NCBI RefSeq assembly: GCF_009914755.1
Contig: NC_060926.1
Source of the DNA: the human T2T-CHM13v2.0 reference genome, Homo sapiens
Direction: 5' to 3' (one strand)
DNA: 64,000 nucleotides
Positions within the stretch are counted from its first letter, which is position 1; every line of letters starts with the position of its first letter. Shown here in pieces: positions 13,805-27,749 of this stretch. The notes under the pieces are model-generated. The model was given only the letters and a program-made list of their open reading frames with translations. It made no database searches and was not told where the DNA came from. The position numbers were made by a program, and so were the translations under genes.

Positions 13805-14114
13805 CTGTGCTGTCCAACATGGTAGACACTGGTCACATGTGGTCCTTGAGCACTTGAAATGTGTCATATCTGAACTGAGGTGTGTTGCGTAAGATGCACA
13901 TTGAATTTTGAAGACTTATAAAAAATGTAAAATAATGTATTGATAATTGTTTTTACATTGCTTGTATGTTGAAATAATATGTTGGATATAATGAATTACA
14001 TAATTATACTTAGAAAAATAACTTTACCTGTTTCTTTTTAACTTTTTAACATGGCTACTAAAAAATTTAAATTTACAAATGTGAATTGTGTTTTATTTCT
14101 GTTGGACAGCATTA
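13805..14114 (+). mobile_element. MER33 (hAT-Charlie) inserted in a MIR fragment
   Basis: ctgtgctgtccaacatggtagacactggtcacatgtgg..gttggacagca; TSD acctggag / atctagag. Confidence 0.85.
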
Positions 14115-14384
14115 ATCTAGAGGATGCAGGTGTTAACTTAATGACCTCTAAAATCCTTCTCACTTAACTCCTCTAGGAATCTAGAGTATATACACAATGT
14201 ATCAAGGTATGATGGGATGAGGATAGAACATATATGTCTTGGGGTTGGTGTGAAGGTAATTCATGAAGTTAGTTTCAGTGAATAGGAATAATATAATTTC
14301 GCACAGGTGCTTGAAACTATCTGAGAATACTGTTTGAAAAAATTTAAGGAAAATGATGGGGAAATGTAGAAAAAAAGATTATTG

Positions 14385-14830
14385 TCTTAGAGGACATTAT
14401 GCTGAGTGAAATGAGTTAGGCACAGGAGGACAAATATAGCGTGATGTTATGTGGAATCTTAAACAGTTTAACTCATAGAAGCAGAAAGTGGAATGGTGTT
14501 TGCCTGGGCCTGGGACCAGAAATGGGGAGGTATTGGTCAAAGGGTACAAAGCGTCAGTTAGAAAGGAGGAATGAGTTCTGGAAATCTATTGTACAGCATA
14601 ATGACTGTAGGTCATAATAATGTATCTTTGAAAATTGCTAAGAGGGTAGATCTTAAATGTTCTGGTCACACAAAAAAATGAGGGTATGTGAGGTGACAGA
14701 TATGCTATAATAACATAAAGCTAATGCTTTACTTAAATATTTCCCAATGCATATATATTTCAAAACATCACATTTTATATCAGAAATATAATTTGTATCT
14801 GTCAATTATACCTTAACAAAGAAAAAAAAT
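14385..14830 (+). mobile_element. L1MA9/L1MB1-like 3' end
   Basis: gaggacattatgctgagtgaaatgag..ggtcaaagggtacaaa..gaaaattgctaagagggtagatcttaaatgttct. Confidence 0.8.
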
Positions 14831-14894
14831 GAGATGAAATAAAATATTTTTTAAATGAGTAGTGACATGAGTAGTGACATCTCGTATCTAATAC

Positions 14895-15853
<959 letters not shown>

Positions 15854-15999
15854 AAAGCAGTATTGAGTTGCACTCACTCCCTTTGACTCTCTATTTTTAT
15901 AAATGATAACCCCTCCACCCTGACCTTCTTATTCTCCCAGGCATAAGCCTGTGGTATTTTCCATGATTCTGTCATGTTATAGACTAAACCTGTAATTCT

Positions 16000-16178
16000 T
16001 GAGACAAGAATGCATTCTATCCACAATCCAGCCTCAGGGTAACTCAACAGCTTCATCCCTACTACCCTGTTCAGGATCTGTGTGCTCCAGCCAAACTGAA
16101 CTAATCACCAGTGGTGCGTACAACCTGCAATTTCCTATCTTGGCTCGTCATGCTTTCTCTGGCTAGAATATTCTTATT
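16000..16178 (+). mobile_element. L2 fragment
   Basis: tgtgctccagccaaactgaactaatcac..ctggctagaatattctt. Confidence 0.5.
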
Positions 16179-16197
16179 ACATATATATATATTTTTA

Positions 16198-16335
16198 AAC
16201 CAGGGTTCTTCCACTTATCAGCTGTGTAATTTTGAAAACCATATCCATCCTATCTGGTGGGGATGTTTTGGGAAAGAATGAGATAATACACGTGAGACAG
16301 CTAGTACAGTACCTGGTATGTAGTGGTGTTAATCA
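16198..16335 (+). mobile_element. MIR, internally deleted
   Basis: ccacttatcagctgtgtaattttg..aatgagataatacacgtga..acagtacctggtatgtagt. Confidence 0.55.
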
Positions 16336-16485
16336 GTTTTACTTTTTTTTTTCTTTTTTGATGGGGATTTCCAATTGAAATCAATTTTCTCCTTAATTCT
16401 TTTAGCATTTTACCTGTACTTCTTTAATGACTCTTAGATTTTAACCTAATTTCATTTGTTAATGTACAATTTGTATCTCACTTAG

Positions 16486-16868
16486 TGTGGTAGAGATTGC
16501 TAGTTTCTTATCCCAACGTCTTTTTTCTTCCCTCACTTCTTAGCAATGAAACCCCACATTATTCAGGAAGTAGTTTTTCCAGCGAAGGGGTATAATCAAA
16601 CCCTCCTTTTGCTGTAACTGGTCATTTGACTAGGTTCTCTCCAAAGATTCATAAGCAAAAACATTGTGTGAGACACCTGGGAGTCTCCATTTAAAAGCTC
16701 AGAGACAAACCGTTATTTGTTGCTTCTTTATTTGTGCTCCCTGTAATGCAGATAGTAGCTAAAATACACCAGCCATTTTGTACCAGAAAATGATATTGAA
16801 ATTCATTTTGGTTACAACACAAGCATTTTGGTTTTGCTTATATGCAAATGAATTTTATCTTGATAGAT
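16486..16868 (+). mobile_element. MLT1J-like MaLR LTR
   Basis: tgtggtagagattgct..ggtcatttgactaggttctctccaaaga..cagccattttg. Confidence 0.55.
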
Positions 16869-16920
16869 TTTTAGACTCTTGCAGAAAAATTCTTGGTCCA
16901 ACTCACCTTTGTACATCTAA

Positions 16921-17032
16921 CAGCATTGTTTCTCTAATGATCTGTGACTAATTCATTAGAGATGCACACTTTTGTAAAATAAACAAATATGTAAGACATA
17001 CAAAATATAAGTGCCCATTTTTTATTATTAGG
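16921..17032 (-). mobile_element. Charlie4a/MER80-like fragment
   Basis: cttttgtaaaataaac..aagacatacaaaatataagtgcccattttttattattag. Confidence 0.45.
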
Positions 17033-17087
17033 CTTTATTATTAGGTTTTTATTATTAGGTTTATTACTAGGTTTTATTATTAGGTTT
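17020..17087. repeat. Five tandem copies of ~13-nt TTTATTATTAGG(T/C)
   Basis: Read directly. Confidence 0.9.
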
Positions 17088-17119
17088 AAATGTGTATCTC
17101 AATATGTATAAAATCATTA

Positions 17120-18760
17120 GGAGTGATTTCAGCAAGATGGTAGAATAAGTTTCGTTCTCCCCAACAGAAGTGCCACTAGTAAATATCCACAGACAAGCAT
17201 GCCATCCTGAATAATCCAGAAGCTGGAAGAGAGGCAGAGACACCCCCCTTGGGCCACAAAACTGAGAAAAGCCACCATCTGATTAATGGTAGGAGGCACA
17301 GACCTCTTCCACTACGATAACCCATTCCCCAAGCTGGCAGAGCACCACACGCAAAGAATGCACCTGGAGCCACAGTTTCTACAGTGGGAAAGGGGAACTA
17401 AAGGTGAACATTTGGCTTCCCTGCCAATCTAGGAACCTTTGCAGCAGGCCCACTCCTATCTCATTTCAAGGGAAGCACGGAGTGGTGGCCGGATTGAATT
17501 ACCTGGAGTCAATTGGAGACAAAGAATAGGGGTGGGGCTCACAGCCATCAGCACACAGATCTTGGTAGCTCCTCTTCAGTGCAGTCTGCTGAGGCACCAC
17601 ACCATAGAAAGCAGCCAGTGGTCCACAGGTCCACAGATCTTCCAGGACTGAGTTCCTAGCCACCTTTCCCACATAGCTGGGGTGCTTTTGTAGAGACTTT
17701 CCCAGACCTAGCATACACTACAGGCCTGAATTAAGTTCTAGTGCTTACATTAAATCTTCCCCAGATCTTGAAACAACTGCAAGTCAACAGCTAAGTTCAG
17801 GTGCAGCAATGAAGTTCCAGTATTTACAGTTATCCCCAGAACAGAAAGCAAATGGGGATCAGAGATTAAGTTCTGGTACGGTAATTACATTCTGAGGCTC
17901 ACATTAAGCCTTCCTGAGATTGAGAAATAACTGCAGGTCAGCGATTAAATTCCAGTATCAAATAGTAAAGATCTAACACCATCAGGCTGGGTGCGGTGGC
18001 TCACGCCTGTAATCCCAACACTTTGGGAGGCCAAGGTAGGCGAATCACCTGATGTCAGGAGTTCAAGACCAGCCTGGCCAATATAGTGAAACCCTGTCTC
18101 TACCTAAAATACAAAAAAAATTAGCCAGGCGCCCAGTGGGTGGAGGTTGCAGTGAGCCGAGATCACACCACTGCATTCCAGCCCGGGCAACAAGAGCGAA
18201 AACTCTGTCTCAAAAAAAAAAAAAAAAAAAAATCTAACACCACCAAAGAGCACATACAAAGGCTGGAAGAGTTGGCCTTCAAATCTGCAAGCATCAATGC
18301 AAGGATACAAAGAATATGAAGAATCAGGGAAATATAACCCTACCCCCCAAAACTCCAAAACAATAGCACAATGAATAAAACTCAAGTAATAAACCTAGAC
18401 AAAAAGGAGAATTATAAAATGACTGGCAAAGAATTCAGAATAATCCCCTTTAAAACTCCTGGGAAATTACAAATATAGATAGAAGATTAAATTTGAAAAA
18501 CAATTCATGAACAAAATGAGAAGTTTGACAAAAAAAGAAACATTAAAAAAAGAAAGCCCAGAAACAGACTATAATAACTGAACTAGTTATAGACTATAAT
18601 AACTGAACTAGTTAATAAGAAACCTTCATATAATAAAATTTTCTGAAAAAGAGAGAGAAAAAAACTAGTAAGCTTAAAGAAATAATGGCTAAAAATTTCC
18701 CAAATCTGGGAAAAGACAATAACATCCAGGTACAGGAAACTCAGAGGTTGCCAATCAAAT
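17120..18760 (+). mobile_element. Old L1 (L1M2/L1MA-type) 5' UTR + degraded ORF1 start, 3'-truncated
   Basis: gagtgatttcagcaagatggtagaata 5' end; atgaagaatcagggaaatata (MKNQGN); gaaataatggctaaaaatttcccaaatctggg (EIMAKNFPNL); degenerate internal tandem repeats 17690-17960. Confidence 0.75.
17985..18232 (+). mobile_element. AluSq/Sp-like with a right-arm internal deletion
   Basis: ggcaacaagagcgaaaactc; junction ttagccaggcg|cccagtgggtggagg; TSD atctaacaccatca / atctaacaccacca. Confidence 0.9.
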
Positions 18761-19204
18761 AGAGTTAACAGGAAAAATTAAAGTTTAATAAATTTAATTA
18801 GAAAAAAATTGGAAAAAACAAAGATGTAAAACCATATTCATGGTTGTTTAAGAGTGTGTTGTACAAAATGATTAACATAGAGAATCACTATTGTACTCCT
18901 ATCTTTTGGTCATTCTGCAATATAATTAAACAAAAGGTCACGAGGAAAAGAACGATTCCATATACTAGACATGTTTACTTTGAATGAACAGCATGTATAC
19001 CAACATTTAGGTTTTTAATGTGATGAATAATCTTGTTTGTTAATTTATTTAATCCAAGGATAGGATTAATAGCATTGCTATTTTCAGGGAATAATGTACA
19101 GTAGACTGTTGATGGGAGTGGAAGTAGGGATTTTAAAGCGCTTATTTCATTTCCATTCCCACTTTCCACTTCACTTATCCATAGGGCAGCTTTGCTGTTG
19201 CCTG

Positions 19205-19415
19205 CATCTTGGTGTAGTTAGAAACATGGGCTCCCGAACCAGTCTTTCTGTGGGTTCACATCTTCGTTCACTATTTACTAAATATCATGCATTGGGCAAG
19301 TTATTTAGATGATCTGTATCTCATTTTCTTTGTGAACGAAATGGGGTTGATAAATCTCTATAGAGTTGTTGTGAGGGTTAAACACTTATGGAAAGTGTTT
19401 CATAAGTACTCCCAA
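19205..19415 (+). mobile_element. MIR
   Basis: ttgggcaagttattta..aaatgggg..agagttgttgtgagggttaaa. Confidence 0.7.
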
Positions 19416-19770
19416 ATTGTTAGCAACCATTTACCAGAGACCAAAGGTAGGAAACAGTGTTTGACAGCATCAGAGAAAAAGATGGACAGGAACAACAAGC
19501 TGTTTGTTATAAAGCTCCTCTAGTATGGTGAGCTTTATTAACCAACTGCCGTGGCGGTGCAAGCAAGGGGAAAGCCTTCCTCCCTCCAGCCTTCCCGTGC
19601 ACTTGCTGGCCCATACAAGAACGCTGCTGAGGTCAACTGTCCCTCAGGAAAGGGCAGTGCTGGGGCCTGGGAGTGCCTGCAGACCCTGGACCATCTTCAG
19701 ACCCCTTTCTAGCTCCATTTTACTGCATTCACCAAGAAAACTTCTGGTTTTACTTTCCTTTCCCTAAGAA

Positions 19771-19909
19771 TTTTATTGATTGATTGATTGTAGAAATGGG
19801 ATCTTGCTATTGTTGCCCAGGCTGATCTTGAACTCCTGGGCTGAAGCCACTCCCCTGCCTCCACTTCCCAAAGTGCTAGGATTGCAGGCATGAGCCACTG
19901 CACCTGGCC
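19771..19909 (-). mobile_element. FLAM_C / Alu left monomer
   Basis: gttgcccaggctgatcttgaactcctggg..cccaaagtgctaggattgcaggcatgagccactgcacctggcc. Confidence 0.85.
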
Positions 19910-20359
19910 CATCTAGGACATTTAAAAATATTATTTGTTCCTTGCTGAGCCTTAAACACTATAGATCCGTTTTTTTTTTTTTTCAGGACTTTTCATCTTC
20001 TGTTCAGATTGCCATTGCATTCCCAGACATGGGTGCTAAGAGTCTAACTTTGGATCTCTGACAAGTGGTGAGCTTCTCATTTTCTCTTGCAGCCCAGCTG
20101 AGCCCTCTCCATACTGGCCATATGCCTGCTCCCTTCCTGCTCTCCTGGGCCTCTAGCTAGTCTCTACCTGTCTGATCTGAGCCCTAAACTCCCCCGTCTG
20201 GTCTCTCTTCCTGACTCCCTATATGTATGCATGTTTCCAGAACCTTTCCTCTCCTGGTAAGTGACAGTAGAGAACCATTCAGCTAAATATAGATTTTCCA
20301 TGTCTGCTGGATAAGATAGAAAATTAAATTTGAAAAACAATTCATGAACAAAATGTTTC

Positions 20360-20560
20360 TTAATAAATAACAGCTAAAATGTGTTGAGGAGAGAAAGCAG
20401 ACTAAATATCTTCTAGTCTTATAAGTTAATTCTTATCATCAGAACTATGTGACAGTGCAGTAATCAAGGCTTAGCGAGCTTGAGCAATTTGTACAAAGTT
20501 AAACAGTTAATGGTGTGGAGTGGATTCAAGCCCTCTTTGGTGGCTGCAAAACCCACCGTC
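20360..20560 (-). mobile_element. MIR
   Basis: aataacagctaa..aggcttagcgag..aatttgtacaaagttaaacag..ggattcaagccc. Confidence 0.55.
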
Positions 20561-21316
20561 AGGTCACCAAGTTCTGCTGCCTCAGCTAATCACTTGATAC
20601 CTGGTGAGATGTTCTTATCTTCCTTTGATCCCCACCACAGCCCTATAAAGGAAGCTGAGAAGGGCCTATTATTGCTATTTTACAAGCGAGAAAATTGAGG
20701 GCCAAAAAAGACGGCATCAGAGAAGGGGAAGGAAGTGGCCTCCAGACCTCCTAGCAATGAGACTCCAGGGCTCTTGCTACTTCAAGGAAAATTGATGAGA
20801 TTCCACCCCCAAAGTGTGGTAAGGGGATGAAGCTCTGTCTCCTGTGCTGACTGGTCAGCCAACTTTGTGATGGCTGGAAGCCCTGCATCCTACCATCTGT
20901 TAGGTATGTTTAATATCGCTACTGGTAACAAATTGATCTGTGGGAAGTGTTTAAGCCTAAGCTCTTCCCCCAAGCACTTCCCCCAGATTTAGTTTATTTA
21001 AATCTAGTTTCTTTCCCCTACTAACCAGTAAAGAGTATTCGAATTTGTAAGTTTCCAGCGTTTACAGCTTTCCAAATGAACCAGCCAGCATGAAAGAAGT
21101 ATGTTTTCCTTTTATTTGCTATTTGTAATATTATAGTTTTCACTCTCAGCGCCCATTGGCAGATGCACAGGAATGTTTAGAGATGTATTTATCACTTGGG
21201 TTGGACTTGGCTTACACACCCAGCTCAACTCCTGTATCAGGGACTCACCACTCTTTATCACTGTTCACTATGCTCATCAGAAATGAAGCGGCATGTTGAC
21301 TGGAACAGTAGCTCTA

Positions 21317-21335
21317 TGCTGCCATCTTCTGGAAT
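21317..21335 (-). promoter_or_regulatory. Candidate CTCF (overlapping YY1-like) motif
   Basis: Minus strand CCAGAAGATGGCAGC, one mismatch to CCASYAGRKGGCRS; motif match only. Confidence 0.3.
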
Positions 21336-22049
21336 TCTAGAGAAGATGCTTTTCCTGTGTAGTTACTAGAAAATACTTTTAAGTAGAATTTAAGAGACCT
21401 AGACAAACAGAAAAAAACTCAAAACATGATAGATGCTTGTACACTGAAGAAGGAAGCCAGAGAAGATTATTTCAAAACCAAAATGACTGTAAATAAAAGT
21501 AATGAAGTTATGCTATGCTTTCATTTTCTTTTCAACATTTACTATACTTGCTGTTAAAAATTTTGGATTGAAATCAAATACCTGCTGTAGTATCGAATCA
21601 GACAGGGGTTGAGCATTATCTCCTGAAGATGTGCAATTTTCTTCTTGGCTAAAGCCAATTTATAACTAAGAAAGGCAATAGGGAACAATTCTCCCAGGAT
21701 TCCATAGACAAAGATCACAGGAAAAGGGAACTTCTGAGATAAAATGGCATTTGTAATCCCCAAGAATGGCTCCAAAAAGACTGTGCTTGCTATAAATCAA
21801 GATTTATTTTATCTCTTGAATCTACAGAGATTTCAGAACAAAGGACTTAAAAATATTTTCCAAATCCAAAACGCCAAAAGTGTTAAGCATTTTGGGGATC
21901 CTTGTGTTTTTAGGCTCAAACCTCAAATAACTGAAAAGCAATGTAGCCAGAATTTCAATTTTTAAATATATTTGAAATGGTATCAAATTATAAAAAGTTA
22001 AACATTCAGAAATCTTGCTATAAAAGTAATTGTAACTGCTATTTCTCTT

Positions 22050-22293
22050 CCTTGGCTTTAGGTTAAATGTCAGCTCCCCAAGGAAGCCTTCTCCAACTGC
22101 TGGCAGACGCCAAGCTCCCTGCTTTACTTCACTTGTTGCTCTCTGCCTTTATAACATTGAACACAGCTGTCCGTGATTAAATATTTATTTGTGTAATATT
22201 TAGTCAATTCCTCCCCTTCTCTCCTCAAACATATCTGTTCTCCATGTCTGGCAGAGAAGAGATATTCAATAATTATTTGCTTAATGAATTAAT
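22050..22293 (+). mobile_element. L2 3' region
   Basis: ttaaatgtcagctccccaaggaagccttctc..attcaataattatttgcttaatgaattaat. Confidence 0.65.
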
Positions 22294-22746
22294 GGCCTTT
22301 TGGTGTATGTCCTGGGGTCAGTATTTCTCAGCTTCAATCCCTCGTAACTTCCTCATCCACAACTACTGACAATTCGAGTATCTGTGCCAAATCCAAATTG
22401 TCTAATTTAGTTATATTCAGCATACTCCTAATGGAGCCCAGATGGAAAGTGGGCTCTTTCAAGTTCAAAGAATTCTGATCATAAGGGTTGAAGTATCAGG
22501 GTTTCTCAGATAAACAAAAGTCCAAAGAACTAAAGCATCCCATTCTCCAAGTAATTTGGTTTTCAATGTCATTAAGCAGACACTATTCCCTCTGATCAAT
22601 ACCATAATATCTCAGCCTCAGTTGACAAATCAGCGTTAGGTTGCTGTCAGATTCCACTAAGAACTATGTGCACCTTCACTTGTCTAAGGTGCCACTGGGT
22701 CCATCCATCCATCATAAGGAATCTTTGCCATTTAAGGAGTGATGTC

Positions 22747-23101
<355 letters not shown>

Positions 23102-24519
23102 TTAAAACCAGTGCAATTACCCATCATTTTCAGTGTGATAACCTGCTAATGCTTCATCCCGCTACTGGAGCCCGGTCTTATTAGTTAGGGCAGGGGGCCC
23201 TCTGCTGGGGACATGCCCAGGTCACTGCTTCAAGGCTGATGATCAGGCTGAGTCTGTGTGTCACTCTCACTCAGCTTCTGCAAGCACTGCCACTGGAGAA
23301 CTGAGAGGACATCAATTGTGGTTGTAGAGCAATGTTTACCTTTGCTTCTGAATAGCATGGTGTGGGCATTTGAAACCTCATGTAAAATAGGTCCAGAAAC
23401 TCTCAGACTGTTTAAAAGTGCATTCTTGTATTTGTCTGGTTTCCCATTTGATTTTCAGGTTTTACTGAAGTGAGCTGGTTGGGTTGCTTTCTGACTCTCT
23501 GGCAGGAAAAACAAAATGAAGTTGCTCTCTAAATAAACTTTTCTACTTATACAGCCATCGCTTTTTGACCTGTCAAGTCCCCTACAGGTAACACACTTGA
23601 GCCTATTGATGTGGTGCTATTCTCTAAGTTTCCAAAGCTTAAAGAACACCAGATAGCTAGGACCACGTTAAAGTCTGAAGTTAAGAAGTGGTCAGGCTAT
23701 GATTTTGTGAATTTGCACTGAAAACATTGCCTAAGAGAAGAAAAAGAACTAAGAGTGCAGGCAGAGCAGAATAGTGTTTCATAGCGTTTGTGCGTGTTCA
23801 CTCATTTTGGTTTTGTTTTGTTTTGCTTTTCTGAGGAATGAAATAATCCCATTTGTAAAAAATGTTACAAGGTCATTGTTTACTAAATCTTAGTTTACCA
23901 GATAGTTGTTTCTCCAATGCAGTTTAGATTATTGGAGTGTGGTCTCCCATTGCTGTCTTCTTTTCCAATATTGTAGCAAGGGCTAGCAATTCCCTCATTA
24001 GGACCTGTACGTTTATGTTTTTCCTGCTCAGTGGACAACCAAAGACAACTATCAAATTGAACTGCTTTACTTACTCCTGTAATAGACAGTTGGGCTTTTA
24101 TAAGCATTGTTTGAGGTGCTTGTTCCTGGAAACTCTGCTACTGAAAATCCTGTTATTATCCAAGTCTGATATGATCAAGATAGCAAATGCCTGGCCAAGA
24201 ACACAGACAGGTTGGCCTAGTTCAAGGAACATTAGATGGGAGGAACTTAGGCCTAGAACAGTCCGTTGATGTGAGATAAAAAGCATATCTGACATTAGGT
24301 AAAAGAAAAAAACCTTCTTTAAATTATGATTAATGCAAAATGAGCTATAATATGGATGTCATAATGAATCACTAGCAGGAAAAATTTTAATGCCAATGAA
24401 ACTCACTGCAGTGGATCATATAAGTGCAGTGTATGGGATGTGTCAGGGGTGTGCAATGCGCAAGGGAGAAGGTACTCTGAACCTTGATTTCTAGATTTAG
24501 TTAGATAGAAACAGCCCTA

Positions 24520-24760
24520 GGCTGTTTTATGTGCCAGGCTTTGTACTAAGACTTTTAAATGTGTAAGTTCCTATAATCTTTACTACAACTGCATAACATG
24601 GGCATTATTATACTCCTTTTAAGAATGACAGAAAATGAAGACAGTTTAGTTATGTTTCTTGCCCCATAACACATAATCATTAAGGATTAGATGTGGAATT
24701 CAAATTTAATTATCATTATTATTTTGTTTTAACTCCAAAGCCTACTTACTTTCTATTAAT
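24520..24760 (-). mobile_element. MIR
   Basis: tatgtgccaggctttgtactaag..aatctttactacaac..aactccaaagcct. Confidence 0.6.
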
Positions 24761-24918
24761 TTACCCTCTCTTCTTGAACTCTGGTTGAAGGAAGCATGCA
24801 GTCTATATCCGTGGTTTTTGTTCAACATATTTGGGTAAATACACATTTCCCACTTTTATGTTCGTTAGAGATCTAGAGATTGAGTTTAGGTTTGTTATTT
24901 TCCCTTGTTTATTAAGTA

Positions 24919-25898
24919 CAGTTACATGCTGTTCCACAGTGTTTTAGTCATTGATGGACCACATACAACAGTGGTCCCATAGGGTTATAATGAAGCTGAA
25001 AAATTTCTATTGCATATATGAAGCAATGCATTACTCACATGTTGGTGGTGATTGCTCACGTGTTTGTGGTGATGCTGGTGTAAACAAACCTACTGCATTG
25101 CCACTCATATAAAATTATAGTACATGCAATTATGTACAGTACATACTACTTGATAATGACAATGAATGACTGTGCTACTGTTTTACATATTTATTATACT
25201 ATACTTTTAATTGTTATTTTACAATGTACTCCTTCTACCTATAAAAAATGTTTACTGTAGAGCAGTATGCCCGGTTACACCAGCAGAAGCCCATACATCT
25301 TGTGTTTACTACATTTGTTGATTGCATAATTTTCTCTTCTACTTGATGTGAGCATTACTTCAAAAGAATCAAAAAGATAAAACAATTAAAAAGTGCATAA
25401 AGTAAAAAACTTACAGGGAACTAAGATTAATTTGTTATTGAAGAAAGAAATTTAAAAACGGTAAGCCTGGTGCAACTTGTGTGCACTATTTATAAAGTCC
25501 TCAGTAGTATACAGTAATATTCTAGGCATTTACATTCACTCAGTACTTACTTACTGACTCACCCAGAGGAACTTCCAGCTCTGCAAGCTCCATCCATAAT
25601 AAAGGTCATGCAGGTATACCATTTAAAAAAATCTTTTGTACTGCATTTTTACTGATCTTTTCTATGTTTAGATAAGTTTAGACACACAAATCCTTACCAT
25701 TGTGTTACAATTGACTACAGTAATTGTACAGTAACATGCTGTACAGGTTTGTAGCCTAGGAGCAATTTAGCCTACATGTGTGTTAGGCTATACCATCTAG
25801 GTTTGTGTATGTACACTCCATGATGTTCACACAATGACAAAGTCACCTAATGATGCAGTTCTCAGAATGTATCTCCATCATTAAGCAATGTGTGACTG
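24919..25898 (+). mobile_element. Tigger3b (MER7/Golem-derived)
   Basis: ta-cagttacatgc..gatggaccacatacaacagtggtcccatagggttataatgaagctgaaaaatttctat..ttaagcaatgtgtgactg; both TIRs present. Confidence 0.85.
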
Positions 25899-26079
25899 TG
25901 TACCAATTTTTTTTTTTCTAGAATGAAAATACTTTAACCTGGGATTCTAGTTAGATTAAGAAAGTCTGCTTTTTCTTTAAATATTGTAGATGACAGGTTG
26001 ATTGTTTTGGACATCATACCATATATTTAGGATATATAATGAGACAAGTGGTATACTAATAGCAAAGAGAAACAAAAAA

Positions 26080-26180
26080 AGTGGCAAGTTACTTCTAAAC
26101 TCTAGGCCTCAGTTTCCCCACTTGAAAAAATAAATCTGTTGGGCCAGATCATTACTAGCTCTTCTAACTATAAATATCAT
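26080..26180 (+). mobile_element. MIR3/MIR fragment
   Basis: ggcaagttacttctaaactctaggcctcagtttcccc. Confidence 0.6.
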
Positions 26181-27260
26181 TATTTAAATAGAACTTTTTC
26201 TTTTTCTTTCCTTCCTCTCAACTTTCCACCTACCCTCCCTCCTTCCTTCCTTCTTTCCCTAAATTAGTCATATTAAAATACTTTACTTAGCTTTAATCAT
26301 CCTGAGCAGACCATCTGCTTCTGTATTTTATCAAAAAGCAGAATTTGATCATAGCTGTTATAGAAGAACATTTACATTATTTATATTATAAGCAAATGAG
26401 TTGACATTTATACCACTGTGACCTAAATTCTCCTAAATCTTGTCTTATATGTGAAATGTGTATGATGTGTAAAGTTTTAGAAAGCTCTTAAGAAGGTTTT
26501 CACAGCTGAACAGTCTCTTTGATCTTCTCAAGACTTCAAAGCTACAAGTGTAGAATGCATTAATATTTCTTAAATTCTGAATATGATTCACAGGTAATTC
26601 AAATTTAGTCTCAGAATTTTAGTATGATCAATGAGTGATGTGTATATCAAGTGGACACCATTAATGCAAAGCACAAAATCTGTGTTAATCCTATAAATAT
26701 TTAGTTTTTGTACAGGATTAGGAAAAGACTCTCCTTGTAGTATCAGCTTTGGAAAATATGACAAATGTAAATCTATGTTTAGACTAGTCAGTGTCATTTC
26801 AAAAGTGATTTTTTCTTTGTATTGCAGTGATTTTAATATATTTACCTAATTTCATAGACAGGTATAATTCTATTTGGTGTATTTAATTCTCTTCACTTAG
26901 AGTATACGAATTTGCCAAGTACCAATTCTGAGCAGAATCTTTTACAAGATGCTATATATATTTTGGTAACTGTAGTGGGTGCAGGTGAAGGGAGAAGATT
27001 GCCAAAAGAAAAAGAATTTATCAACTCCGTCTTCCAAGTTCTCACAGGAGACGGAGAGAAAAGTCATATGGCATGCAAAATGGCAGAAAATATTACAAAA
27101 AACACATAAGCATGTGCAAAATAAACATAAGTTTTTTACAGATATAAATGAGTCAACATTCATTTGTGATTTGGATTTTCAAAAGATACAGGAAGAAGGA
27201 AAGAGAGGAAGAGAGAGTGAGAAAAGGAAGAAGGGAGAATGAACTGCAGTGGTTATTTAC

Positions 27261-27366
27261 GGCATGATCGTATCACACTACAGCCTCAAACTCCTGGGCT
27301 CAGGCGATTCCCCTGCTTCAGCCTTTGGAGTAGCTGGAACTAAAGGCACATGCCACCACTTCAGCC
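27261..27366 (-). mobile_element. Alu monomer fragment (FAM/FRAM/AluJ arm)
   Basis: cagcctcaaactcctgggctcaggcgattcccctgcttcagcc..ggcacatgccacca. Confidence 0.75.
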
Positions 27367-27688
27367 TTCTTCCATTTCTTTATCCTTAGAGTGATTTTAC
27401 ATTTATGTTGAAATTTATAAATCCATTAATTTCAAGCATCTTTGGACCTTATACATCCAGTACTAAAAGCATTTTTGATGTGCTGAAAAATATTTGGAAA
27501 ACAAAGTTAATGAAGAATCTACCAGACTGTCAAAATATGCTAAACAAATGAATATATTGGTGATTCATTGTTTGAGTTAATTTTCTGTAGGAATCAATAT
27601 GATAGCAGCATACAAGTCTGAATGTACTTCTGCAGATTGATGCTTTGTTCTTTAGGTTAGTGAGAGAATAAAGGCATGAGCATTGCCC

Positions 27689-27689
<1 letters not shown>

Positions 27690-27746
<57 letters not shown>

Positions 27747-27749
27747 TGT
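27690..27749. repeat. (TG)n microsatellite
   Basis: Read directly. Confidence 0.95.

Noticed and set aside
17020-17087. Regular short repeats as a possible CRISPR-like array
   Set aside because: No unique spacers, primate context; a simple tandem repeat.
21582-21821. Minus-strand exon candidate (ctctgtag..CAG|GTATTT)
   Set aside because: Weak donor, stops in the frames, long for an internal exon.
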